A stretch of DNA of 64,000 nucleotides from a virus (lineage: Duplodnaviria > Caudoviricetes), in IMG/VR virus record IMGVR_UViG_2602041664_000001, positions 18,872 to 82,871 of that record; one strand, written 5' to 3'. Shown in pieces: positions 8,094-16,814 of the stretch. The first letter of the stretch is position 1; each line of letters starts with the position of its first letter. A model generated the notes under the pieces. The model saw nothing but the letters and a program-made list of their open reading frames with translations, was not told the DNA's origin and made no database searches. A program made the position numbers and the translations under genes.

Positions 8094-8971
8094 TGAAAAT
8101 TATTAAACCTGATGTAACTTCTTGGTTATGTCCTGAAGACTGGCACACCTTGGTCGCTCGTGCGGCACGTGTTTGCTATGGTAGTGAGACTGGAAAGCGC
8201 ACGGCTGAAGAGTTGTGCAGCTTCTTAGAAAAGCGCAATCACCTCTCTATGTTCCGTCATGGAACAAAGTACTTTGTATTCTCGCTTAATGATGTTAGCG
8301 ACTATCTTACTATCTCCCGCTTGTTGTTCTCACCGTATATCGGTCTGACTTATAAGAAAACTAAGAAGCAGCGTGTTTATTTTGTTGCTATGAATGTGCA
8401 GGCATTCATGGAGTTGACTCCTAACATACATAATGAGCTGGACCCACACGAGGTAAGTCTGTCTGAATTTGTTGAGAAGGTTAAGCAGTATAAACATCCT
8501 ACGGCTTTTGCGTTGATTCGCTATACCGTTTGTGTTACGACACAGATTAGCACGAGTCGCGAACTCAATCGAACTTCTCCAAACAACATAGCCGAGCAGA
8601 GTACACGTTATGTTAGTTTTGGTAAGCGTGGCGGTATAATTATCTGTGAGCCGCATTGGTACTCTGGTGTTTCCAAACTGAAACGTTTCACGGCTCGCCT
8701 TGGCTGGCGTGTTGAAGGTTTATTCTATTCGCTGATGATGCGAATGGGATTAAAGGCAGAGGATGCACGTGGTTATCTTCCCCTTGATGCGGCAACTCGT
8801 GTCGTTTATACCTACAATGTCTTTGAGTGGCGACATATATTAGAACTTCGCCTATTGGGAAAGACCGGTAAACCTCATCCGAATGCGAAGCTCGTTGCGC
8901 AGATGATAGCAGACGAGTTGCAAGAGGCAATAGTCGATGTTACAGGAAATGTAAACTATAGAATAATTTGA
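8093..8971 (+). CDS. thyX: FAD-dependent thymidylate synthase
   Basis: AARVCY, HLSMFRH, RELNR...AEQSTRYV, EDARGYLP, WRHILELR. Confidence 0.9.
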   Translation: MKIIKPDVTSWLCPEDWHTLVARAARVCYGSETGKRTAEELCSFLEKRNHLSMFRHGTKYFVFSLNDVSDYLTISRLLFSPYIGLTYKKTKKQRVYFVAMNVQAFMELTPNIHNELDPHEVSLSEFVEKVKQYKHPTAFALIRYTVCVTTQISTSRELNRTSPNNIAEQSTRYVSFGKRGGIIICEPHWYSGVSKLKRFTARLGWRVEGLFYSLMMRMGLKAEDARGYLPLDAATRVVYTYNVFEWRHILELRLLGKTGKPHPNAKLVAQMIADELQEAIVDVTGNVNYRII

Positions 8972-8974
8972 TTT

Positions 8975-9358
8975 ATGGATTTGAACGAATATCAAGAGAA
9001 GGCAATGAGAACTTGTATGCCCACGTGCGACAACCTTCTTTATATGTTGACTAACCTTATGGGCGAGGTCGGTGAGTTTGCAGGAAAGATAGCAAAGCAC
9101 GTACGTAAGGGTGACCTTTATGTTTCTCACGCTTCGCATCGTGATGAAAATGGTGATGTACTTCATTCTCAAGCTATCCTAATAACTGATGAGGAAAAGG
9201 ACGCTTTAGCCAAGGAGGCAGGCGACATTGCTTGGCAGCTTGCAGGCCTTTGTCATGTGATGGGCTGGTCGCTTGAAGACGTTTGTCAACAGAATTTGGA
9301 TAAGCTCGCTTCACGTCAACAGCGTGGAGTGATAGATGGAAATGGGGACGAACGCTAA
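8975..9358 (+). CDS. MazG-like nucleoside triphosphate pyrophosphohydrolase
   Basis: NEYQEKAMRT, LMGEVGEF, KEAGDIAW, NLDKLASR. Confidence 0.85.
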   Translation: MDLNEYQEKAMRTCMPTCDNLLYMLTNLMGEVGEFAGKIAKHVRKGDLYVSHASHRDENGDVLHSQAILITDEEKDALAKEAGDIAWQLAGLCHVMGWSLEDVCQQNLDKLASRQQRGVIDGNGDER

Positions 9359-10065
9359 TGACTGATAGTAGAGTTCCTACAGACCGCAAACGATTACGGG
9401 AAGCCTTGTTTGTTCCTCCTTATCATAAACGGCAGCTCACAGATTACCAGTTGGAGTGGCTGAAGGATCATTTTCACGACAAAGAGAATAGCAAACTCGC
9501 CTCTGCTTTGAACATCTCTCTATCAACCTTGCATCGCTTTGCACGTGAGTTGAAACTAACGAAGAGTGAAGCTGGTATGCGAGCAATAAAGAAGCGGCAG
9601 GCAGCTCAGATAAAGAAAGTGTGTGAGGAGAATGGCTACTATGATTCACTTAGAGGCAAACCCCCCTGCACTGCTGCTTTGGAAGCTACGCGCCGACTAC
9701 GCAAGGCGGGCTTTGTTCCTCTTGTACGTCTGAAAGAGATAAGCCCTTATCGCTATCGAAAATGTATGAAGGAGAGATCCGAGAGACGTCGATTACTTAT
9801 CAGTAAAGAACGCAGGCGCATCCGCTTTGGAATGGAACCGCAGACACGTCTCGGTAAAATCCTACAGCAGAAGCAATTTTTACGTAAGGCTACCTGTTTA
9901 CGTTACAATATGCTAAAGAAGGGGTATATATTGGGTGATAAGTCGTTTGATAGTGACGAACGTTGGGTAATTTACTATGATAGTGATACTATCCGTTCGG
10001 CTATCCGTGAGCGAAATGCTGTGAACTGTGGCTTTAAGATACTTCCTTTACCAGTTGAAGAGTAG
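9358..10065 (+). CDS. Basic HTH-containing hypothetical protein
   Basis: NSKLASALNISLSTLHRFARELKL helix-turn-helix-like segment. Confidence 0.7.
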   Translation: MTDSRVPTDRKRLREALFVPPYHKRQLTDYQLEWLKDHFHDKENSKLASALNISLSTLHRFARELKLTKSEAGMRAIKKRQAAQIKKVCEENGYYDSLRGKPPCTAALEATRRLRKAGFVPLVRLKEISPYRYRKCMKERSERRRLLISKERRRIRFGMEPQTRLGKILQQKQFLRKATCLRYNMLKKGYILGDKSFDSDERWVIYYDSDTIRSAIRERNAVNCGFKILPLPVEE

Positions 10066-10084
10066 ATAACTTAGAATGAATAAC
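10028..10084 (+). repeat. Left copy of 57-bp imperfect direct repeat (50/57 identical to 11354-11410)
   Basis: GTGGCTTTAAGATACTTCCTTTACCAGTTGAAGAGTAGATAACTTAGAATGAATAAC. Confidence 0.9.
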
Positions 10085-10174
10085 TTTGAATTAAGGTTAA
10101 ACAAAAGGAAAAGCAAATCACGTGCAGGTTCAATACCTTATGCAAGTAAAAGGAAAAAGAAACGTAAAAAGTAA
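10076..10174 (+). CDS. Basic micro-protein (32 aa) MNNFELRLNKRKSKSRAGSIPYASKRKKKRKK
   Basis: Hand-translated; shares GSxPYA plus a K/R tail with ORF 127-294. Confidence 0.4.
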   Translation: MNNFELRLNKRKSKSRAGSIPYASKRKKKRKK

Positions 10175-10258
10175 ATAATTATGAAAGTAGATATAAGTGT
10201 ATAAGTTGATATGAGAACTCTCCGCAGGAAGTGGAGATTAGACTGAAAAAATAACAAA

Positions 10259-10465
10259 ATGGATATAGATACTTCAAAAGGTCTGTATTATATCGTTGAC
10301 GCGAATACAGACTATAAGGTTAGAGAAGCTCTTGGATTAGCAAGAGCAATGGCACAAGATAACTATCCACATCTGATAGGCAATATAGACTTTGCTATCA
10401 AGATGTACGATGAGCGAACGAAAACGATAGCAAGTAGTAATGGAAAGATAACACTTAAAGAATGA
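10259..10465 (+). CDS. Hypothetical protein
   Basis: 68-aa ORF coupled to the next gene. Confidence 0.6.
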   Translation: MDIDTSKGLYYIVDANTDYKVREALGLARAMAQDNYPHLIGNIDFAIKMYDERTKTIASSNGKITLKE

Positions 10466-11331
10466 AAATATTAGTACAATTTAGCGGAGGCAAGGATAGC
10501 CAGGCTTGCCTTATCAAGGCGGTAAATGACTATGGCAACGACAAAGTTACAGCAGTGTTCTCAGATACAGGGTGGGAGCACGAAGATACTTACACACATA
10601 TTCATAATGTTTGCAATCAGTTAAATGTAGAACTGATTACACTCAAAAGCTGTAAATACAAAGACTTCGTGGATATGTCTATCAAGAAAGGTAGATTTCC
10701 ATCAACTATGGCAAGGTTCTGCACGTCAGAACTAAAAAATATTCCAATGATAGATTATATTCTATCGCAAGATGACCATTTTATCATCATTCAAGGTATT
10801 AGAGCGAAAGAGAGTAAGGCACGAGCAGGCTATGATGTGGAGTGTTCATATTTCAAAGAATACTTTAACAATGAAGTGAAAGGGTTGTATCACAAGAAAG
10901 CGGTGTTGGAATGGTGCAAGACACACGATGCAAGTGTGTTACGACCTATTTTTCACTGGTCAGCACAACAAGTAATAGATTATATCCTTGAAAATGATCA
11001 GCGTCCAAACCCTCTATATGAACGAGGCTTTTCAAGGGTAGGCTGCTTCCCTTGTGTTATGTGTAGACAGCGTGAAGTACAGTTGATTTCAAAAGATGAA
11101 TGGGCAAGCAACCGATTGATAGAGGCGGAGCAAAGAATGAAGGATGAAACAGAACTCGGCTCGTCGTTCTTTCCACCTACTTACATACCTAAGCGTTTTT
11201 GCGCCAACGGCGAATACCCCACAGTGCAGGAAGTGTTCAAATATGTAAATCGCAATGATATAGAGCTTGATTTGTTTGAACCAGAGGGAGGGTATAGCTG
11301 TATGAGCTTATATCACGGGTTGTGTGAATGA
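10462..11331 (+). CDS. PAPS reductase family (PP-loop, Fe-S) protein
   Basis: VQFSGGKDS, DTGWEH, RFCTSELK, GIRAKES, RPIFHWS, RVGCFPC. Confidence 0.9.
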   Translation: MKILVQFSGGKDSQACLIKAVNDYGNDKVTAVFSDTGWEHEDTYTHIHNVCNQLNVELITLKSCKYKDFVDMSIKKGRFPSTMARFCTSELKNIPMIDYILSQDDHFIIIQGIRAKESKARAGYDVECSYFKEYFNNEVKGLYHKKAVLEWCKTHDASVLRPIFHWSAQQVIDYILENDQRPNPLYERGFSRVGCFPCVMCRQREVQLISKDEWASNRLIEAEQRMKDETELGSSFFPPTYIPKRFCANGEYPTVQEVFKYVNRNDIELDLFEPEGGYSCMSLYHGLCE

Positions 11332-11353
11332 AGTGAAAACTAAGTAATGAGAA

Positions 11354-11410
11354 GTGGCTTTAAGATACTTCTTTTACCAATCAAAGAATAGATAACTTAG
11401 ATTGAATTAC
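11354..11410 (+). repeat. Right copy of 57-bp imperfect direct repeat
   Basis: GTGGCTTTAAGATACTTCTTTTACCAATCAAAGAATAGATAACTTAGATTGAATTAC. Confidence 0.9.
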
Positions 11411-11414
11411 ATAT

Positions 11415-11723
11415 ATGAATAGAAAAGAAACAGAGGCATTGCTTGCCGAGAAGAGAAAACAAATATTAGCGTTACAGCAAGAGATGGGACGTATCGGAGA
11501 GACTTTTCTTGCAGAGAATAAGCCTTTTGAAGTGGGTACTCTTTGCGAGTATAATGGTCGTCAGTTCCGTATTGCTGGCTATAATTACTACTTTGAGCCT
11601 AATGTCCTTATTAATCCGATGAAGCAGAATGGCAAGCCTTCCCGCCTTGTGCGTTACCTCAGAGGTGTTGATTGGGACGACTTGAAAGAGAAGTTGACTG
11701 TGATAGGCTTCGCAGAGGATTAG
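11415..11723 (+). CDS. Hypothetical protein
   Basis: 102-aa ORF. Confidence 0.7.
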   Translation: MNRKETEALLAEKRKQILALQQEMGRIGETFLAENKPFEVGTLCEYNGRQFRIAGYNYYFEPNVLINPMKQNGKPSRLVRYLRGVDWDDLKEKLTVIGFAED

Positions 11724-11753
11724 ACTGATATTGTTACATAAGAATAGACGAAT

Positions 11754-12098
11754 ATGAATAGTAAGATAACGCCTGTCTGTATGGCAGAAGAGTATTGGGC
11801 AAATAGTCAGTTGTCTGTTGTAAGACATTTTGGCGAGATAGATTTCAACGGACATCATTATATCATCGTAAACAAAGAGGGTATCAGTGTCCTTGAATTG
11901 TCTGACCCAAAGAGCAAGCATTACGCAAAGGATGGTATGGCTATCCCAGCAGGCGAGCCGTGCGACTTGATACTTGCCGACTTTCAGCCCTATTATCGTT
12001 CCTTAGGTCGTGATGCCTTCCTTGAGGTCTTGAAAGAGAAACCTTCTACGGATCTAAAGACCTTGAAGCGTATCTATAAAGAAAAGATTCGTAAATAA
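11754..12098 (+). CDS. Hypothetical protein
   Basis: 114-aa ORF. Confidence 0.75.
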   Translation: MNSKITPVCMAEEYWANSQLSVVRHFGEIDFNGHHYIIVNKEGISVLELSDPKSKHYAKDGMAIPAGEPCDLILADFQPYYRSLGRDAFLEVLKEKPSTDLKTLKRIYKEKIRK

Positions 12099-12101
12099 AC
12101 T

Positions 12102-12230
12102 ATGCGAGCAACAGAACGAAACTATAAGCAAGCTGCCCTTGCAGTCTTACTGACCTTAAAGAGAGAGTATGACGCTTGTGCTACGCTTGAGGATGTGATA
12201 AATGAAATTGAAACAGAACTATTAGGTTAG
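12102..12230 (+). CDS. Small hypothetical protein (42 aa)
   Basis: MRATERNYKQAALAVLLTLKREY...; fills the gap between co-oriented genes. Confidence 0.5.
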   Translation: MRATERNYKQAALAVLLTLKREYDACATLEDVINEIETELLG

Positions 12231-12239
12231 GAATTAGCA

Positions 12240-12590
12240 ATGGAGAAACAAGAAATTGAAAAACTGAATGCTGAGTATGTTGAGCATCTAAATACTATGG
12301 ATGCCTTATGTGAGCGTATGGGAAGGAAGTTTCTATATATGGATAACTTCTCTATACTTCGCTTTGGGAAAGCCAATATGGTAGAAATATCTGAGGTGCT
12401 CTTGTTTAATATGTTGCGGCAAGAAAGTGTGTTTGAGTTGTTTCGCAAATGTGTTGAGTCTGCTGCAAAGGTAAAGAAAGAGAAACCTGCTTGGCTCCAT
12501 GAACTGATAGAGAAGGACAATGAAGTTCAGACACAGTATGTTGTAGATAGTTTGTTGAAGTCTAACGGGATGAAACGAGAAGGGCAGTAA
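12240..12590 (+). CDS. Hypothetical protein
   Basis: 116-aa ORF. Confidence 0.7.
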   Translation: MEKQEIEKLNAEYVEHLNTMDALCERMGRKFLYMDNFSILRFGKANMVEISEVLLFNMLRQESVFELFRKCVESAAKVKKEKPAWLHELIEKDNEVQTQYVVDSLLKSNGMKREGQ

Positions 12591-12601
12591 GTCGACACAG
12601 A

Positions 12602-12705
12602 TTGCTATAATAACTCCCTAAAGGGTGATATAGCAAGGCAAAGCGGGTTACTATAGTAACTCTAAGCGTCTTGCTATACTAACCCGAAGTGACTTACTAT
12701 AGCAA
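12602..12705. repeat. Array B1: five degenerate palindromes TTRCTATAGYAA, exact 23-bp period
   Basis: Copies start at 12602, 12625, 12648, 12671, 12694. Confidence 0.9.
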
Positions 12706-12724
12706 CTGAAAACGCTGAAAATTT

Positions 12725-12759
12725 TGTCCCTATGTATGTTTGTAAATGAACTATCTTTG
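12725..12759 (+). promoter_or_regulatory. Phage-type promoter TGTCC-N22-TATCTTTG
   Basis: Same spacing as the other copies. Confidence 0.7.
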
Positions 12760-12792
12760 TGATGATAATTCTAATGTTCAACCTTAAAAAGA

Positions 12793-13323
12793 ATGTATAT
12801 TATGGCAAGAGTCAAATATACCGTAAGGGAAAACAAAAAGTTAGGTAAGCATAGTTTCTATGCTGTTCCTATTCCTAACGACACTCTGACCTTTGCAGAG
12901 CTTTGTCGTGAGGCGTGTGATAACACCTCTATCGAGCCTTCTATTATGCAGGCGGCAGTGACTGACTTTATGAAAGTCGTTCAGCGCAATGTGCTGAAAG
13001 GTTTCCGTTGCAATTTAGGAGACAAGTTCTTAACAGTCTATCCTAACCTTCAGTGTTCGGTAAAAGACACCGACAAGGTTACGGCTACGGCTAAGATGGT
13101 CAACGCTGCCAATGGCAGAAGCCGTTTAGGTTGCACGGTGAGCATCAAGTTCAGTCAGCAGTTTGCCGCAGAGGTGAGCTGGCAGAAGGTGGACAACCGT
13201 GGCGTTGCTATCGAGGAAGACAACATAGTCGAGGAGGGCAAGGAACATCAGCCGGGCGGTAAGCCTGGTGGTGGTGGTGCGGGAGTTAATCCGCCTTTGC
13301 CTGGAGGAACGGTAGAGGGATAA
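12793..13323 (+). CDS. HU-related DNA-binding protein, paralogue 2, Gly/Pro-rich tail
   Basis: HSFYAVP...LTFAELCREACDNTSI...LKGFRCNLG...YPNL. Confidence 0.85.
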   Translation: MYIMARVKYTVRENKKLGKHSFYAVPIPNDTLTFAELCREACDNTSIEPSIMQAAVTDFMKVVQRNVLKGFRCNLGDKFLTVYPNLQCSVKDTDKVTATAKMVNAANGRSRLGCTVSIKFSQQFAAEVSWQKVDNRGVAIEEDNIVEEGKEHQPGGKPGGGGAGVNPPLPGGTVEG

Positions 13324-13369
13324 TAGCTGGCATTTCTTTTATAGTTTTATAGTTATTATAATCTTCGTT

Positions 13370-13440
13370 AAGGTCGGTCTGCGTAAGATTCTTTATCTTG
13401 CATACTGAAACTTGCCTAAGCGGACTGACCTTTTTCTTTT
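13370..13440 (+). terminator. Long-loop hairpin followed by a T tract
   Basis: AAGGTCGGTCTGC...GCGGACTGACCTT then TTTCTTTT. Confidence 0.5.
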
Positions 13441-13442
13441 TC

Positions 13443-13535
13443 GCCCGTGCGACTGCCACGCGGATAGGCAGAGGAAATAAGGCTATGATTGCCGAAAGCT
13501 GAGGACAAAGTGCGGTTCGACTCCGTACATGGGCA
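13443..13535 (+). ncRNA. tRNA-like element with a non-canonical anticodon arm
   Basis: Acceptor GCCCGTG/CATGGGC, D-like stem CTGCC/GGCAG, T arm TGCGG-TTCGACT-CCGTA. Confidence 0.5.
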
Positions 13536-13565
13536 CAAGTAGTAATTGAGAAAGTAAAGGAAAGT

Positions 13566-13787
13566 ATGAGTAAAGTCGTGAGAATAATCGGACGTGGATT
13601 TATGATGGCATTCGTAACTATCTATATCGTGGTTGCTTATGTTCTGTATGTGCTATACGCTTTTTTTCGTGCACTGGCAGATTTAGACGAGTTTGGTGAT
13701 TTCGTGAGAGATACGACAACTTTGCTTTTAACACCATTGAAGGTATTCTTTAAGATGCGTTCAAAATCACGAAGAGAAAAGCTATGA
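13566..13787 (+). CDS. Small membrane protein
   Basis: N-terminal TM helix. Confidence 0.65.
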   Translation: MSKVVRIIGRGFMMAFVTIYIVVAYVLYVLYAFFRALADLDEFGDFVRDTTTLLLTPLKVFFKMRSKSRREKL

Positions 13788-14023
13788 GCAAGGCAAATAC
13801 TTACATACAACGTGCGGCAGACTTCCTGCGCACTATAGACAACGATAGCGATACACAGGCAGACCTGCGTAAGAAACAAGAGCTTCGTTGGCACGACCTT
13901 CAGGTACTTCGTAGATATGAAGCCTATCGACGTGGATCAGGTTCAATTGAAGATTGTCCGCCTCCGAAGGTTGTTACTGCCTCAATTGAAAGGGCTATCA
14001 GAGAACTGAAAAGTCATTTTTAA
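13784..14023 (+). CDS. Hypothetical protein
   Basis: 79-aa ORF, ATGA overlap. Confidence 0.65.
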   Translation: MSKANTYIQRAADFLRTIDNDSDTQADLRKKQELRWHDLQVLRRYEAYRRGSGSIEDCPPPKVVTASIERAIRELKSHF

Positions 14024-14089
14024 GAGTAGTTGCCCTATCGTTACATAAGCACTCTTATGATAAATAAACCCTAAACCATATATAAACAA

Positions 14090-14518
14090 ATGAGTAAAAA
14101 AAACAAAGCAAAAGAGACTTCTCCAACTGCTGCCCCACAGAAGAAGGTAGACAGCAGAGTAGAACACCCAAGTTACTATAACGCTCACCCATCAGGTGTA
14201 GAGTGCATTGCCATTGTTCGACATTATAACTTCAATGTTGGCAACGTAATTAAGTACCTTTGGCGACATGGCTTAAAGCGTGAAGAAGGTATGAACAATA
14301 AGGCAAAAGCACTGGAGGACTTGCGTAAGGCACGTTTCTATCTTGATGATGAGATTAAGAGATTGGAGCGTGAAGCAGTTAAGGAAGACAGAGAACTTTG
14401 TCGTAAACATATTCAAAGTTATGTCATCCCGTTCAGTGATATTGTTTCTGCTTCTCGTATTCTTCGTGAACTTCTCAATACTGAGGGTAAGGCTGAAAGC
14501 AAGAAAGGAGGCCGCTAA
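14090..14518 (+). CDS. DUF3310-like protein
   Basis: VEHPSYYN...ECI...FNVGNVIKYLWR...EDLRKARFYL. Confidence 0.85.
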   Translation: MSKKNKAKETSPTAAPQKKVDSRVEHPSYYNAHPSGVECIAIVRHYNFNVGNVIKYLWRHGLKREEGMNNKAKALEDLRKARFYLDDEIKRLEREAVKEDRELCRKHIQSYVIPFSDIVSASRILRELLNTEGKAESKKGGR

Positions 14519-15201
14519 TGTCAGCACAGAAGAAGAAAGTTAACTCTCGTGAGATAGCAAAGACCTTTATGAGTCCGACTGTTCACGCCTTTACGCTTGA
14601 CAATCTTAAAGGTGAAGAGTATGGTGATGTGCTTGATATGCTCTTCCACGAAAAAGAATGGACAGAACGTATCGAAAAACGCAACCGCCTCTATCATGGT
14701 ATAGATCGTATGCCAGAGCAGAACCGTCCGGCTGCTATTCGTGCCTTGAAAGATGCTGATACTTGGCTGGGCAATCGTTTGTTGCAGACGTTGGTGATGA
14801 AGTCGGTTCATGTAGGGACGATAGAACATAAGCCATTGAAGGAGTATTACGCTGAACTGCCTAAGGACAAGGAATCAATGGCAAAGCAAGATAAAATCTC
14901 CTTCCTCTTGAACGCTACCGTCTTTCTATGCGATATTATCGAAAGTAAGATTAAGGACGTAAACACCTTGCTCCGTGAGTTGTTCAACGATGACTCTATG
15001 GGCTTTGAACAGATGGACGGTGTGCTGATAGCCCTTAAGCAGATGAGTGATTTCTTTGAAGCTACGCGTGATAAAGCTTCAACAGCAGAGAAGGAAATCT
15101 TTGCCGACTATGCAGAAAGTATAGAGAAGTATATGGACGGCCGTATGAAGACTTATCTCGAACGTATTAAGAAGATACGCTTGGAGAATAGTAAGAAGTA
15201 A
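14518..15201 (+). CDS. Hypothetical helical protein
   Basis: 227-aa ORF. Confidence 0.75.
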   Translation: MSAQKKKVNSREIAKTFMSPTVHAFTLDNLKGEEYGDVLDMLFHEKEWTERIEKRNRLYHGIDRMPEQNRPAAIRALKDADTWLGNRLLQTLVMKSVHVGTIEHKPLKEYYAELPKDKESMAKQDKISFLLNATVFLCDIIESKIKDVNTLLRELFNDDSMGFEQMDGVLIALKQMSDFFEATRDKASTAEKEIFADYAESIEKYMDGRMKTYLERIKKIRLENSKK

Positions 15202-15206
15202 GGACT

Positions 15207-15920
15207 ATGGCGAATATCTATCTGCAAGTGCAGTCTTACGTAGCGGCTTATTACCGCAATCGTGATGATAATAACGTTTTAGGAGTGAACGACCCTGTTA
15301 AGTTCTGCTCTTTCTCGCAAGAGCAATTCGTTCTGCAATCCTCCTTGGTACCGCTCAGCGCACAGTTGCAAGCGCACTCGAGATGCTATTCAGCAAGCGT
15401 GTGGAACACAATGCTTACAGGTAAGTCGCCTATTACGGGCAACTTACTTGTTAAGCGCGACCGCCACGATTGGCTTACCTACAGCGAGGTTTGTACTATG
15501 ATGAGTACACGCTACTTGCCGCAGAAGGATAATTGTGATTACCTTTGTATTGCTATCCCTGACACGGTAATGATAGGCAATACACAGCACAGGACGACAG
15601 CACTCTTTGCGCTTGATCATACGGCCTCCTTCCAGTTGCAACGTCTACTTCATGACGAATTTGTACGCGCTTTGCTTACTTGGTATCAGTCGGATTTAGA
15701 GTTTTGTGCTGAGAAAGGTATATCACGCTCACGCATTGAGATGCTTGAACGCTTCATGCTTCACTATGACATCCCTGTCGGACCGTCTAAGATAGAGCGT
15801 GATAGTTTGCGTAGATTGCTGAACCGTTGGCTATCCCAGTCGTTGTCGCCTTCCTTTGCTCGTGTGTCTGTAAACAATACGGATATAACCCGACTTAATG
15901 GGAAAGAGGAACTAACTTAA
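15207..15920 (+). CDS. Hypothetical protein
   Basis: 237-aa ORF, last gene before the head module. Confidence 0.75.
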   Translation: MANIYLQVQSYVAAYYRNRDDNNVLGVNDPVKFCSFSQEQFVLQSSLVPLSAQLQAHSRCYSASVWNTMLTGKSPITGNLLVKRDRHDWLTYSEVCTMMSTRYLPQKDNCDYLCIAIPDTVMIGNTQHRTTALFALDHTASFQLQRLLHDEFVRALLTWYQSDLEFCAEKGISRSRIEMLERFMLHYDIPVGPSKIERDSLRRLLNRWLSQSLSPSFARVSVNNTDITRLNGKEELT

Positions 15921-16057
15921 TAGCTTTCTTGTGTTGTTTCCTTATGTTAAATCTATTCTAAATGAATGTTAAATAATTTAATCAAATAAGCTATCTTTTT
16001 AACGCTGATTTGTTTTCGTGTTTTTTGATAGTATTTTGACTTATAATCTCTTAAAAT

Positions 16058-16534
16058 ATGGATAGTAGTTTGTCTTGTAAGGAGTTGTTCCTTGATGATA
16101 TAGTTAAGTTGGAAATCTTTCCCGCTGATCAGTGTCGCTTTCTTCTACCAGCTAATCTTGCTTTGTCGGAGATGTCGGGTGCGGTCTTTAGTGAACATTG
16201 TCTGACGATTGACTTAACGGGTGAAGCTGATGTACAGGCGGCTGATGTTCCTACGTTGAAGATTAGCACTGCTCGTTCTATGGCAGGACTGACTTATATA
16301 CACGATTTGCAGGTGTCGGTTCAGTTCGGTGCGCCTCTTGTTTCAGCGGCTATCGTGTATCTGAAAAACGCTGATTTCCACGTAGTTTACACGAAAGCCG
16401 ACGGTACTCGGTGGTTGTCTTATTCGTTGTGGAATACGTCTTTGATTGACTTTGACGATACCCACGCTACGGCTCGTGCTTGTCAGTTGAAAGTGAAACT
16501 GACATCTATGAGTGACTTGATACAGTTGAAATAA
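16058..16534 (+). CDS. Hypothetical, probably structural, protein
   Basis: 158-aa beta-rich ORF upstream of the head protease. Confidence 0.7.
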   Translation: MDSSLSCKELFLDDIVKLEIFPADQCRFLLPANLALSEMSGAVFSEHCLTIDLTGEADVQAADVPTLKISTARSMAGLTYIHDLQVSVQFGAPLVSAAIVYLKNADFHVVYTKADGTRWLSYSLWNTSLIDFDDTHATARACQLKVKLTSMSDLIQLK

Positions 16535-16674
16535 GTTCGTTCTATATAATATAAGGTATAGTTAGTGTTTTTGCAGGCCATAAAAACATTTGGCGTGTTT
16601 TGACAAGGTAGATAGATTTGTTCTTGGATAACATTCTTTTTGTCTTGAATGACAGAAGAAAACCTTGTTCGTTT

Positions 16675-16708
16675 GCCTTGGAGCTCGTGAGAGTTCCAAG
16701 GCTTTTTT
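16675..16708 (+). terminator. Rho-independent terminator
   Basis: GCCTTGGAGCTC-GTGA-GAGTTCCAAGGC-TTTTTT. Confidence 0.85.
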
Positions 16709-16751
16709 GTTTGTAAATGTTGCCCAAAAATGTCAAATACGCTTATAAATA

Positions 16752-16786
16752 AGTCCTTACTTCGTCTTTTTGCCTTCATACATTTG
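16752..16786 (+). promoter_or_regulatory. Phage-type promoter AGTCC-N22-TACATTTG
   Basis: Variant first base, same spacing, upstream of the head operon. Confidence 0.6.
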
Positions 16787-16814
16787 CACTATACAATTTT
16801 ATTAACCAAACTGT

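Noticed and set aside
13443-13535. Canonical or selenocysteine tRNA call
   Set aside because: No proper anticodon stem with U33 could be folded; kept only as tRNA-like
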